NCBI RefSeq assembly: GCF_009914755.1
Contig: NC_060927.1
DNA length: 64,000 bases
Reading direction: 5' to 3' (one strand)
From: the human T2T-CHM13v2.0 reference genome, Homo sapiens
A program made the position numbers and the translations under genes. Within the stretch, counting starts at the first letter, position 1; every line of letters starts with the position of its first letter. Shown here piece after piece: positions 17,875 through 50,849 of the stretch. The notes under the pieces were generated by a model. It was not told the origin of the DNA. It searched no databases and saw only the letters and a program-made list of their open reading frames with translations.

Positions 17875-17909
17875 ATTGCTTCTCAGCCTTTTGGCTAAGA
17901 TCAAGTATA
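17875..17909 (+). pseudogene. 3'-truncated U2 snRNA retropseudogene (nt 1-35)
   Basis: attgcttctcagccttttggctaagatcaagtata versus U2 ATCGCTTCTCGGCCTTTTGGCTAAGATCAAGTGTA; flanked by direct repeats aaattacc.. Confidence 0.9.
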
Positions 17910-17963
17910 AATTACCTAGTCTCAGATATTTCTTTATAGCAATGCAAGAATGAACTAATATAG

Positions 17964-18395
<432 letters not shown>

Positions 18396-18700
18396 CAATG
18401 AACAGTTCTTGAATGAATGACACAATGAAGAACACTACCAGAACAAGAGCAGATCAAAGGTGAATAAGTGAGTAGTAGCTTCTATTAATCCTCATCAGCA
18501 ACCAACATAACCCAGGGCTTATAGATTTCTCTATGTAATATGCTACACACACGTCTATGGAAAGAGAGAGAGAGAGAAGCACATCGGTCAACCAATTTTA
18601 AAAAGTTACTCTAAATGTGTTGGTCTTGTATTACAATCTTTAGATTACACTATTATTTTATTTCAAACAGGACTGGTAGAAACTTCTTCATGCCTTTTCA

Positions 18701-18980
<280 letters not shown>

Positions 18981-20121
18981 TTAGATTAATTGAAAAGTAA
19001 CTGGATCAATCCCCCTTTACCCCAAGCATCTAAACGGAACAATTTTCTTTTCTTTTCTTAGGGATGCAGCGTCCCTCAAACTGCAGAGCCACTTGGCGAT
19101 GAAGCCAGGATCGCAGTGCATTTGATAACTTAATGCAAATTTTTACTAGCACTTAAAACTCAGATATGAAATCTATACTTGATCTTTTCTGCTTGGAATT
19201 GGTCAGATTAGTGGTTCTGCCCCGGCATACAACAAAAGGCTCTCAGAAACACTCATGGTCGCTAACCAATCAGAAGGACCAACAGAGCTCGACAAACAGA
19301 CAGGAGGGTGGAAGGGCACCGCCTTCCACCCCACCCGCTTAGACAGCCTTTCAACTCTGCCCACTTTGAGGATCTGTAGGATGATCCAGGTAAGCATGAT
19401 ACCTATCTTAACTTCAAGGTAGAAATTAAGGCTTGAGTGCACTTATTTGGTGCCTTATTCATTTAATTGGAAGATTATATGGTAATTTCACTGCTCATAA
19501 TAATTAAACCTTTTTTTTTTCACTTTGGGGATGATAATGACATTTGGAGAGTAGCACTATAAACCTCAAAAATCTATTTTGAAGATGACTGGATTTAGGA
19601 GCGGGACAGGTTTGCTGTACACTTGAGCGAACATGCTTTGTTCCCCAAAGCAGCAAAAAAGCCAGAGCCTGGAAGTTTCTAAAACTTGAAGCAGATGCAA
19701 GTGGCAGATCCAAAAAGCTGTGCCTAGAGAACAGATCGGTTGACCGGCTGTATCTATTCCATCCTCCCCAGTGACTCGGTGGAGGATTTCGGACAGGTCT
19801 CTCAGTTTCCCCTTCTTTGGTTTCACCTTAGAGTGAGGGGAAGTCACAGCATTTCTTCCTTTGTATTTCACAGAAACACAGGAGGCTGGATTGACAGTCA
19901 GCAAATGTAAAGAAATACAGACGCCCACAGGGCAATTATGCTGGCCTGGCCTCAAGCTTCATATTCATCCTTAACTGATTCCCTGGCACACTCGCCAGTG
20001 ACCTGGCTCCACTTCACCGAATGGACCCAAGGGCCCACACTTTCTTAATTCTCCTGTAGACCCTTTATTCACTCCCCTTCATCCTTCCTTTGCTGACGGT
20101 GGTCGCTTCTGACTGCCCCAA

Positions 20122-20123
<2 letters not shown>

Positions 20124-20160
<37 letters not shown>

Positions 20161-20443
20161 AGATGTAGTCTCGCTCTGTTGCCCAGGCTGGAGTGCTGTG
20201 GTGAGATCTCAGCTCACTGAAACCTCCGCCTCCCCAGTTCAAGCGATTCTCCTGCCATGGCCTCCCGAGTAGCTGGGATTACAGGCATGTGCCACCACGC
20301 CTGGCTAATTTTTTTTGTATTTTTAGTAGAGACGGAGTTTCACCATGTTGGCCAGGCTGGTCTCTAACTCCCGACCTCAGATGATCCACCTGCCTGGCCT
20401 CCCAAAGTGCTGGGATTAGAGGCATGAGCTACCGAGCCTGGCC
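20124..20443 (-). mobile_element. Alu with long poly(T)
   Basis: Antisense full dimer. Confidence 0.9.
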
Positions 20444-20654
20444 TCAATCTTATGCTTACTATTCTTCATCTGTTGTCTCATTTTATAGCCAGAGCTCAGG
20501 TGACAGCTGAGGGATTACATTCATCTGTCTCTGAGCCTCTGAGACTTCTATTTTCTTCACCACCCTCCAGGAATCCTTTTTTCTAGCTCTTGGGTGCTGG
20601 CCATCTCCTGGAAGGTTAAGTTGAAAATCTGACCTCCAGTTCATTGGTGCATCT

Positions 20655-20880
20655 ACAATCAATCCGCATTACCTGCAGATTCTGTAGCTGCAAATTCACC
20701 TACTTGATAATGTTTACTTTTAGCCCCTAAATCAATCCCAGCGGGGCTTTTCTGGATGTGCGCCGGGTGGTGAAGAGGTTGAATGGCTGATAAGCACGGT
20801 CCCAGCAGAGATCCATCGAGGAACCTCTGCCTTTTGGTTTCCGCTCTTATACCATAAATGAATGCCCTTTTCTTGGTCTT
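20655..20880 (+). mobile_element. Tigger-family DNA transposon fragment (MER44/Tigger7-like)
   Basis: gcaaattcacctact..cccctaaatcaat..ctctgcctttt resembles the MER44 terminus. Confidence 0.55.
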
Positions 20881-21168
20881 TTTGGGGTTTTTGTTTGAGA
20901 CAGTCTCACTCTGTCACCCAAGCTGGAGTGCAGTGGTGTGATTGCAACCTCTGCCTCTCAGATTACAGTGATTCTCCTGCCCCAGCCTCCCGAGTAGCTG
21001 GGACTACAGGCATGTGCCACCACACACAGCTAATTTTTGTTTTTTAGTAGAGATGGGGTTTTGCCATATTGGCCAGGCTGGTCTCAAACTCCTGACCTCA
21101 GGTGATCCACCTGCCCTGGCCTCTCAAAGTGCTGGGACTACAGGTGTGAGCCACAATGCCCAGTCTGG
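20880..21168 (-). mobile_element. Alu
   Basis: Antisense dimer. Confidence 0.85.
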
Positions 21169-21868
21169 GTTCTCTTAAATGTAATGGAAAGAGGAGAATT
21201 GGAATGGCCGAGAGAGAGAACTAGGACCCTGCATGAATGAATCAAGTTGACTTGGAGAGAAACTGTATTTATAGGAAAGTCAAAGCTCTGAGTTTGGAGG
21301 CCAAGCAGGGTGGGGGTGAGCAAAGCTGTGGGAAGGAAAGCAGGGCTTCAAAAAACAGCTGCTCCTTCTTGATAGATGCAGGGAGGAAACAGGAAAGACC
21401 GGGGGCCATGTGGTGTTATTTGTAGCACTTGAATAGCTTGGCTCTTAGAGTCCCAAGGCCTCCAGCTAGTGATCCGCAGATGCCATTAGAGGGCAAAAGT
21501 GCTCGCTGCTCTCTCATTTGTCAACAAGAAGAGCTGGTATGGCCCTGGCCTTAAGGATAAGTTAGTCAATTGCTTATTGTACGTCACGAGATGAATGCTG
21601 GGAGAGAGGAAACACAGGGTGTGTAGGGAGAGGGCAAAAACGGCTACATCTGACCCACCCCAGAGATGAGGAAGGCTTCCAGGTGGGAGGTGACACCAGG
21701 AGGTAACCAGGTGGAAATCACCCTCAAGTAGCAGAGACAGGTGTGCAAAGGCTCAGAGGGAGCTTCTCCAGGATCAGCAGAGCTCGATTGTAGGGTGTGA
21801 GGCTGTCACAGAGGCTGGAGAAATAAGCAGTTCCTTGCTAAGAAGTCTGAATTTTAACCTGAAGGGAC

Positions 21869-38207
<16,339 letters not shown>

Positions 38208-38580
38208 CTCCTGGGCCAGAGGCTAAAACCCCAGGGCCCCTGCTGTCCTTCCCGCAGCTTCTTCTTGGAGTCTCAGGGCAAACCCTTTCAAGCAGCGCCT
38301 CCCAGTGGCCAGAAGCTGAAATGACGGCAGTGGTGCCACCTGGTGAATGACCCGGGAAGCTGTGGTTGGCCCTGATTTCTTCTTTGGAGTCTCAGAAATG
38401 CTTCCTGTCTTCTTCTGTTCTTCACGCCCCATGTCCCTGCTAGCGTATTACTGTTCTGTGACTTCCCTGTGACCTCTGCAGTACTCCTCATCCTGCATTT
38501 GGTCTCCAGGTGTCACCTTTCTGCCATGTTCCTAACACTTTGATTCCTGTCTTGAGAAAAGCACCTGCTGCACCATAAGC

Positions 38581-38791
38581 CCAGGGATGTGGCAGCTGCA
38601 GCGGGCTTGGCTTTGTGAGGAACCGAGTGTGTCCAGGGATGTGGCAGCTGCCGCGGGCTTGGCTTTGTGAGGAACCGAATGTGTCCAGGGATGTGGCAGC
38701 TGCAGCGAGCTTGGCTTTGTGAGGAACCGAGTGTGTCCAGGGATGTGGCAGCTGCAGCGGGCTTGGCTTTGTGAGGAACCGAGTGTGTCCA
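38581..38791 (+). repeat. 52-bp VNTR, 4 copies, in the FAM86 3'UTR / ALG1L2 3' flank
   Basis: ccagggatgtggcagctg starts at 38581, 38633, 38685 and 38737. Confidence 0.95.
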
Positions 38792-38824
38792 CGTTGGGGG
38801 AACGTCATACTTGATACACACGTT

Positions 38825-38830
38825 TTTATT
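38825..38830 (-). terminator. Candidate proximal poly(A) signal of the FAM86 pseudogene
   Basis: AATAAA on the minus strand ~270 nt after the stop codon. Confidence 0.45.
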
Positions 38831-39496
38831 TGCACAAAGAAAATGCTATTTTTGGAGCCAGAATTTTCATGTCTGATTTATGGTGATTTTCTTAAGAACC
38901 AGAACTGCTGGCAGAAAGGGGGCACCCACATGCTTAGATAGCCGATGTCTTATTAGAGGGCAGATTGTGGTTCCTGATTTGGAATTTAACATTCTCCAAA
39001 CATTCCAGTCCAATGAAAGTTTTATCCGCTTTCCCATATAAAAATTCTTCCCACGAGAGTGATTTGATTCTAACAATCCCGTTGGAGTCGTGTATGAGTC
39101 CTACAGTGTGAGGTTCAGCATTGCCATCTCCAAGTGCTCTCCATAGGGAAACAGTTTCTGGTCATGATGAGCTTCCGCTTCCCATCTGATCCCAGCCCAG
39201 CCTGGAAACAGAGCACGTGTTTGAGGATGGCGGTGTTTGGGGACAGGACATGAGCGTATTGTGTGGGGCTGCTAGGACAGGCCTGGCGGGGTGGGGAGTG
39301 TCTAAGTCAGTTTACTTGGTTCACAGGTTCCCAGGCCCACCCAAGTACCTAGAATTGGCCTCCAGGAAGGGACCAGAAATCTGGTTTTACATAGAAATGG
39401 CTAGCAGCAGGCACCATGCAGCTGTCCACTCTCTGCCCGAGTCTGCCCCAGCACGTGGCACAGCAGGACAGAAGCAGAGATCTGAACCCACATCTA

Positions 39497-40472
<976 letters not shown>

Positions 40473-40604
40473 GATGATTTTCAATCACGGTTTTTTGTTA
40501 CGAGTGGAAAATGCATATTTATAAAAATGAAGTAGTACAGACATGAACGTGTAGCAATCTCTATAATCCTGCCATCCAAGGATGGCACCTGTTAACGTGT
40601 ATAT

Positions 40605-40792
40605 CAGGGATGTCCAATCTTTTGGCCTACCTGCGCTACATTGGAAGAAGAAGAATCGCCTTGGGCCACACATAAAATACACTAAAGCTAGCAATAGCTG
40701 ATGAGCTAAAAGAAAAAAAAATCACAAAAAAACCTCATATTGTTTTAAGAAAGTTTACAGATTTGTGTTGGGCCACAGGTTGGACAAACCTG
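40605..40792. mobile_element. MER30 DNA transposon
   Basis: cagggatgtccaatcttttggc..ggttggacaaacctg terminal inverted repeats. Confidence 0.75.
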
Positions 40793-41008
40793 CTATATAC
40801 ATGTTCTAGGTTTTCCCCTATAGGTATACCTATGTGAAAATGATTATTTTGATACATTTTTTTTTGAGATGAAGTCTTGCTATGTTGCTCAAGGTGGCCA
40901 CAAAGTCCTGGGCTTAAGCCATCCTCCCGCCTCAGCCTCCTGAGTAGTTGGAATATAGGTACTCATAACCACGTGTGGGTGATTATTATTAGTTTTTAAA
41001 CAAAAATG

Positions 41009-41739
<731 letters not shown>

Positions 41740-43908
41740 CAGCCTCCTGTGCGAGGTTGTGCGGGACTCTGTCATGGAACCCAGTATGTCTTCGCGTGCT
41801 GGCTTGTTTGTTGGCTCTGTAGTTAACGGGCTGCCCCACGTGGACAGGCACTGGGTCGTCCATGTCTCTGTGTGCAGGCAGAGGCTGCTGCGGGTGCATC
41901 TTTGCACATGGCTGCCAGGAGGGGCTGTGCTCAGGGGGAGCTGGGGCAGAGTCTGGTGGCAATGGGGGGCTTGGGTGTAGTGTGGAGGCACTAGAGCCAG
42001 GTGGCCGGGCTGCAGTCTGCGGGAGCTCGGGGGTCTCTTGGCCTCTGTGTGTCCTAGTGTTTTTGTCGGTGAGATGGGACAATGACAGAACACCCTCACA
42101 GGTGCTGGGGGCTGACCAATGTCAGGTCTCAGGACAGTGGCTGGCCCACTACGGGGCCAGTTGCCCTTCTCTATAGTCACCCTGCTCGTCTTCCATCAAC
42201 TGGGTGCTCAGGACAGTGGCGTGGTGGATCCGCCTGTACAGCCTGTGCTCCAGCATCCTGCAGGCCACAGCTGTGTCCAGCCCTGACCCCGACTGCCCCT
42301 CCCACCACCTCCATTTTATAGATGAGGAAACCGAGGCCCAAGGGCTTAGGGAAACCTGCTCTGAGGCACATAGTAGGGCTGCTGGGCTCAGACCCTCCCG
42401 CCCTGTGCTGAGCTGCCCTCCTCCTGCCGCAAGCCCCCCACGCCCCAAGCCCACCCTGCTCACCGGCCTCTGCCCGAGTTCCCCGCATGGTGTGGGAGTG
42501 TGGGGCATCCTAGCTTTTTGCTGGCACCCAGTTCTTTCACTTCCACTGGAGTCCTGCAGGGACAGCTCGGGGACCATGCAGGCCCGGGTGGGCGTGGGGG
42601 CTCACCTAGCTCGGTGGTGAACACCTGGCACGTCTCTGGGTTGCGGACGGTAAAGGCCATGTAGACCTCAGGAGCCCGCTGGTGCTCCCAGCAGGCAGCC
42701 AGCCTCCGCAGGACCCCGACCAGGGACACGATGGCTTCTGGGCAATACAGCACGTCTACGGTGAAAGCTTCAGGTTACTGAAAGGGACAAGTGGAAAGTT
42801 CCAGTTCATGCTGACCTCAGCAGCAGGGTGAGGCCAGAGAGGCAGCGTTCATATGAGACTATTAGATGCCATTTGACCATTTGGGCCATTAGATGGAAGG
42901 GCAATTACTTGGGTGAAAAAGGAGAACCCTTAGTAGAGAAAGCTGCAAAAGACCGAAGCAAAAGAAAAAAATCTCCAGACTCACTGGTGTTCCTTAAAAA
43001 ACCAGCTCTGGTTCTGGGCCTATCTAGAGGGCTTTGAATGGCAGAAAGCCTGACCCTACCGTGAACTTCGTGTTTCAGGTGTCTGCCGATTGGTCTGCTG
43101 GCTTGCAGGGGTGGGCCTCTGTCCCTGGCCACCGCTGGACCTGTGGGTTTCAGGGCTGGGACCCAGGACCACAGGCAGAGCTCTGTTCCACCAGAGAGGG
43201 GACTGAGTGTGCTGGCAGGGGTGAGGGGTTTTTGGTGGCCCAGCCAAACACCACCTTCTCCCAAGGGCCCTGTCCTCATCCCAGAAGTGGTTGTTTTCCT
43301 CCTGTGGTCTCTGAAGGACACAGGGCATGGCTCTGGAACAGAGCCGTGTGGTGACGACTGTAACGGGAGTATGCCTGTCTCCAACAAGAGGGCTGTGGCT
43401 TGAAGGTCACCTTAAGAGGCACCCCTGTCCTTTGATGTCCCCCTGGAGGCCCGGAGTAACTCTTCTGGAAGCCCCATCATGTCCATGCCCGACAGCATCC
43501 ACTGTTCCCTTTTCCCAGAGCCAAGAGCTGGGTAGAGCTGCAAGGACACCGCCTGCACAGGATGCCCGGGGCTGGGCATTACCTGCTGTAATGACAACAT
43601 CTGGCTGGAAGGCAGAGAGCTGATGGACCGTCGCTACGTCCCAGTCCAGCTGGGCCACTGTCACCCTGGGGCTATCTAAGTTGGCAGTGATGTCTGCCTC
43701 TAATGAGAGGCCATTGAGAAGGACATTCCCTCGGAGCTGCTCGAGGACCCGGCTGTGACAGTCGCTGAAGATGTATGTCCGGGGGTGGCACATCTTGCAG
43801 ATGGACAGGCCTGTAAGGCCGGCGCCACTGCCAAGCTCTAGGACAGTCCTGGCGGGAGGAAAGGGGACCGTGTCTTCGACTGCACCAGGGTAAGCCTGCC
43901 TCGGTGCC

Positions 43909-44062
43909 CTGCCCTGTGCCCCGAGGTCACCTGTTAGTGAAGGCTGCCAGGTTCTCAATGACCCATTCTGCAAGGTAGATGGCGGCTGCCCTGTGCCCCG
44001 AGGTCACCTGTTAGTGAAGGCTGCCAGGTTCTTGATGGCCCATTCTGCAAGGTAGCGGGCAG
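43909..44062 (-). repeat. 77-bp tandem duplication covering the FAM86 exon 5 3' end and donor
   Basis: gccctgtgccccgaggtcacctgttagtgaaggctgccagg starts at 43911 and 43988. Confidence 0.92.
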
Positions 44063-44438
44063 CGTCCCATGTGACCAGGCCTGTGGTACCGTGGGAGATG
44101 ATGGCTGTGCTCGGAGAGTGTGACCGAGCCTTCCGAGGGCTGTACCAAGAGAGGGTGAGACAGTAAGTCCAGCAATCAGAAAACAAGTGGCTTAGAAGAC
44201 AAGTAGCCATCCGCCACATGGCTGAATAAACCATGACAGGACCAATCGCCACTCAGCAATGAGAAGCAGCTAACTGTTGACATACCAACAGCTTGCACGG
44301 GCCTCAAGGGTGTCACGCGGCATGAAAGACACTCATCTCAGGCCACACAGGATTCCATTCATCGAACATTCCTGAGACAACGGAATTCTGGCGATGGAGC
44401 ACAGGTCAGTGGTGGCCAGGGGCCAGGTGTGGCTATGA

Positions 44439-45228
<790 letters not shown>

Positions 45229-46162
45229 TGAGGCTAAAGAAGGTTAACGGACCTCATGTCTAAGACTGCAGAATGGGTGAGTCAGGATTTGAACCCACAC
45301 CCACGTTTTCACTTTGTCTGTGCAGGAAGGGTATCTGGGCTGTGAGGGGGAGGAGGGTGCCCTTCTCATACCAGCAAATAGCTCCAGTGGCCCTGGGTGG
45401 ACTCCTTGGCCATCAGGGTCTCTGCCAGCGCCTCGTACAGCTCGTCCAAAAGCTCCGTGTGGACAGCCTCGTGCTGGGGGCAGACAGAGTGAGAGCTTGT
45501 TTGCTTTCGTTCTAATCTGTAAAAATGGTCAGATGATTTTCACCAAGTTTGGAGGGGAGATTTGGGATGGAATGGTGTAATACCAGCCAGCTGGCATATA
45601 AAATACTCACTTCGTTGGGTGTGGTGGTGTGTGCCGAATAGTCCCAGCTAATCTAGAGGCTGACACGGGAGGACTGCTTGAGCCCAGGAGTTCGAGGACA
45701 GCCTGGGCAAGAGACCTTGTCTCTAAAAAAAATTTCACTTGGTAGGGCAACCTGGATGGGAGGGCCTTCAACAAGAGGTGTTGAGAGGTTAGGGTTAGGT
45801 GTAGTCTAGGGAAGGAAACAAGGATTCCGTGAGAGCTGCCACGTGACCATGACAGAGAGCTCTGTGTTTGGATCAAACAGAGAGGAGGAAAACAAAAGGT
45901 GCTTTTAAGTGAGCCCAGGCAGAACTGTGAGGGCGGCCCATGCTGCAGGCTGTGGCTGTCAGCAGGCTGCTTCTCCACAGCTGGTCCCATCCTAGGATTC
46001 ACAGGGCAGCAGCAGGGTACACTGGGTGACTGCTGCCCTCTCCTGGTGGCACAGGGCAGACCTGCTGGTGAACACAGATGCACGCTTTTGGGGAGGACTA
46101 GGGAGAAAGCAGGTATTGGAGAAGCAGGGGATTGTTTATTTGCTAAAAGTGTGGCCCTTTCA

Positions 46163-46558
<396 letters not shown>

Positions 46559-47832
46559 TCCATCCTGTATCAGTCAGGAAAGAGCTCATTCCAGCAGGAT
46601 CAATGCAGAGAATTCACAGAGGAACTAGTTCCAAAGGTATGGCAAGAGCTAAATCTTCCAACAGGGGCCTGTGGGGCAACCCAGAGACAGACAAGAGCAG
46701 GAAACTCCAAACCCTTCAGCGGGCAGGACAGAGGGTGTGGATGAGGGTTCCAGTGCTGTGGGCTGGACCAGCCTGGTAGGAATGAGAATTCATATTCTAG
46801 GAGCTGGGGCCCCAGAGAAGCAGCTGCTGTGGAAACCCCATGAGGCAGAGTGAGGGAGAGACGCTGGTCTCCCCTTCTTCCTGCCCTGCACTGTCTCCCA
46901 TGGGTCACACTCAGCTGCAGCCAGTTGCCTGGGGAGGCCCCTGCCATGCTGGTATTGGCAAAGCAGGCCCAGGGCCTGGGAAGGACGGGGGCTCCAGCAC
47001 GCAGGTGGCTATGCTGTCCAGCTACTGGGCGGACACTGCCCATTGCTGACATTTTTGATGAGTTCTGAGAGAAAGCACTGGGCACACTTGACTGATGGCG
47101 GGTGCTTCACACACACAGGATGCTTCACAGTCTACAGCAAAGGACAGAACGTTGGTTGCTCGAGAGCCCGTCTTAAGTCTCCTATGAGCTTCAAGCCAAC
47201 ACAGCAGAGGGCAAACTCCAGGCTACCCGATCCCTCAGCAAAGATGTAGATGGACACGGCGTTCTGGCCCCACGCATCTGAAGTTTGTCTTAAGATATAA
47301 GCCGTTTCCTAAAGATGCTTCCACTGCAGTGGCACAGGATATTGCAGCATTTCTAATGCCCATTCTGAGCAGGAACACAGGGCACGTGGGCCTAAACCAC
47401 CTCCCTCCCAGGGGAGCCAGTGTGAACCAGGGCTTGCAGTAAGGACAGTCGCCAACTGTCTGGCTCTATGGAAGAGGCGGGAAGGCCCACTCGGCAACTG
47501 CTCTCTTGGAGTGTGTGTCCCTGGGGACAGGATGGAGGGGAGGGGACGCTCAGGGTGACACTCCAGCTAAAGCCGAGAGAAGCCAAGTGCAGGATGAGCA
47601 AGTTCCAGGCAGTGGGAACAGCTGGTGCAAGCTCTGAGGTGGCCACAGGCTGGCACTTGGAAAGGAGGGCAGATGCACTGGTGCAGCAGGAGTGGGGACG
47701 GTGGGAAAACAGGAGCCTGGAGGGAGAGGGAGGAGACAGTCCGCAGTGCCTGCTGGCTGGGAGGGATGCAGATTCTGCCCAAGGGCAGCAAAGTACCCCA
47801 TGCAATACACAGGCTCTTCATGCTGGTGCTGG

Positions 47833-48128
<296 letters not shown>

Positions 48129-49519
48129 TTGTGCTGGGTTTTAAAGCAGCTCTCCCTACATTTCATGCTTCACCACCTACGAGAGTGAGGCTCAGGGTGA
48201 AACTCAGAGCAGGGTGCGAGATAACTTCAGGTATCTCCATGCTCGAAGCCCTGACCTACTGTATTGCCCCGAAAGTCTTCCCTGCTGTGGCTGCATCTTT
48301 TCCAAGTGGATCATCTTGGTTCACCTCTAGCACAGGAATTCTTCACTGGGGCTCCTAGGATGGGCTGGGTGGGTGGGGGTGGAGGATGTCTGCCTCCCCT
48401 GAGTTTGTATGGAAAATGTATTCTTCTGGTGCACTTCTTTCTGGGAGGGAGTCTATTGCTTTGTCTTTTCTGAAGGGCTCATGGCCCTTCGAAGGTGAAG
48501 ACCCAGGATGCAGGGTGATCTGCACTTGGCCCTCAAGGCCAAGGTCACGCTGTGGCTGGGCCGGGTGGTGATCCTGGCTGTCACCTGCATGCAGATGCAC
48601 TTGAGTCCAAACCCCACCCTGGGCAAAGCAAGGGCCCATTTAGGTCTAGAGGAGACAGGAGTGGGCAGGACAGGCCTCAGGAATGCAAAAAAGAAAGTCT
48701 CTGAGCATCCACCAAATGCTAGAAGCTGTTTTGCACCTGTCATCTCTGTTTTTGCTGAGGATGGTTTAAAAAACATTCCCTAGATTTCCCCCCTCATGCA
48801 GATTTTTGTATATTCTGATGTCTTTGTCTAAGTCTTAGATAGAAAACAAAAGCGCAGGAGCTGTCGGAGGTGCTGACACCTACCTGCAGTGCTGACTCAA
48901 TGGTTTTGTTCTTTGAACAGGGGTGTTTTTAAAGAACCTGTGGTTCTTCTCTCAGGTCTTCCGGAGAGATTCAGGAGGCAGGGTCATGAGTCCCAGGGAC
49001 TCTGGAATTCTTACCTTCTGCAAAATATCCCGCAGCAGCTCAGAATCTGATGAGTCTCTTAATTTTGCTTCTAAGCTCCGTGTGGACGGGAGAGAGAGAA
49101 ATCTCAAGGGCGCATTCACAGGAACATTAAAACACGCAATAGAATGTGTTGGCAAAGCGCTATGTGATCCCTCCCTGGGGACGCGGAGCCAGTTGGAAGT
49201 GGAAGCCACAGCGGCTGAAAGCCTGACCTTCAGATGTCGCAGGGTGCACCTGGATGAGTCACAGGAAGAAGGCTGACTCTTGGCCGCATTAGTCCTGGCT
49301 ACTTAGCGGCCACCCGGGTCATGGGCCAGCTCCCTGGTTGCACTGGTCAGCCAGGAATTACCAGGGCAGCCATGGCACCAAGGTTTGATGGGCTTGCCAT
49401 CTGAGTTTAAGTGGAAATGCAGAATGTGCCCATACCAGCCTGGGTTACATTGTCCTCTTACAGTGGCAAGTCCAGCAGCAAGCTTTGGCTCCCGAGTTAG
49501 GCAGACTGTCTCGGCTGGT

Positions 49520-50270
49520 ATGTGACACACAGCAAGGCACTTCATTGCTTCAGAGCTCCTTCCATGCCATAAAAGGCCCTACAAGACCTGGTCCTAATCC
49601 CTCTCTCTGGCCTGTTCTCCCTCACCCCTGGCCCACACTGCTCACTCCACTCCAGCCACACTGGCTGCCTTGCTGTTGTTCCTCAACCACAGCTGGCTTG
49701 TTTCCACCACAGGGCCTTTGCATATCCTGTTCCCCAAACCCTTCCCATGGCTGGCTGCTTCACCACTCAGGCCCCAGTTCAAATGCCACGTCTTTGGGGA
49801 AGGCTTCCCTGATTCCCCGACTTTAGTGACTCTTCTTCCCAGTTGGTCCATTCACCATTCCCCTGTTTTCTTGGCTTTAAAGCCACTCTCATCTGGTCTT
49901 TTCTTGTTTATTCATTTATTTGTTTATTCTCTAGCTCTCCCATGCAAGCAGAGCCTCATCTATCATGGGTACTGCTGATCCATGGTGCTTGGCTCACGGA
50001 AGGCATTTATTAAACATTTTGAGACTGAATAAAAACACTAGCTAACACCGACATGCATTTGCCATGAGCCAGGCACTGATCCACAGGCTTTTGTACTCAA
50101 CGCTGACAACAACCCTAAGAGGTAGGTATCATTATATCAACCATTTTATTAATAAGAAAACAACAGCACAGAGAGATGCAGTCACTTGCCCAAGGTCACA
50201 CAGGGCCAGGGGTTGGGCCAGGATTTGAAGCAGGCAGGCTGTCTCCTGGGTCTGAACTCTCAACTACTAC
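49520..50270. mobile_element. L2 3' end followed by MIR relic
   Basis: cactccagccacactggc..cagggcctttgca..cagttcaaatgccac; then cacttgcccaaggtcacacag..ggatttgaa. Confidence 0.65.
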
Positions 50271-50849
50271 ACCCTAATCAAACAATCCCTCTGGTCAAAT
50301 GTGAGTGATAATAATAGTACCCACCTCGTGGGTGTTGATGGTGAGCCCAAGTTAGCATTCAGCGTGGGCATGTGAACAATTATAGTCAATACTGAATGGA
50401 GACCTATGATGCTTTTATGAAGGTTTCTATTTTGGGTTAAAAATGCACAAATTTCTCCTGACCAGAAATGATCTCTGAGTGCTAAATATTTCATGTCAAT
50501 GGAATAACGCAAATGATTAAGCAACACCCCATAAAATGGGGCAGACCCAGGGAGGAATATATATCCAAACTGACTCATCCCAGTGAGCTCACCGCACATG
50601 AATTACAAACGGAGCAGGGTGCATTAAGCCCCTCTGCTGGCAGAAGGGAGGCTGCTGCCTGCCATGCGCCTGTGCTGAGAATGGCAGGTCCCCAGGGAGA
50701 GGAGAGGCCACCCCCTTCTCTGTCTCTTCCATCACAGGAGTGAAAGCCTCAGCGCATGAGCTGATTCTGTGCAGTGCTCGACATACAGATGAGAACACTG
50801 AGGCCCGAGGGACAGCCTTTGACCTGGTCACCGTGCTCAGGAGGAGGTG

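Noticed and set aside
38581-38791. CRISPR-like appearance of the 52-bp and 49-bp arrays
   Set aside because: Head-to-tail units with no unique spacers, no cas genes, and a primate genome context
43407-43973. 188-aa stand-alone methyltransferase ORF
   Set aside because: It is FAM86 exon 6 read through its flanking introns
43931-44139. Frame rescue of FAM86 exon 5 through the duplicated donor (-2 + 77 = +75 nt, in frame)
   Set aside because: The shifted frame reaches TAA (..CTT CAC TAA) just before the first donor, so translation stops regardless
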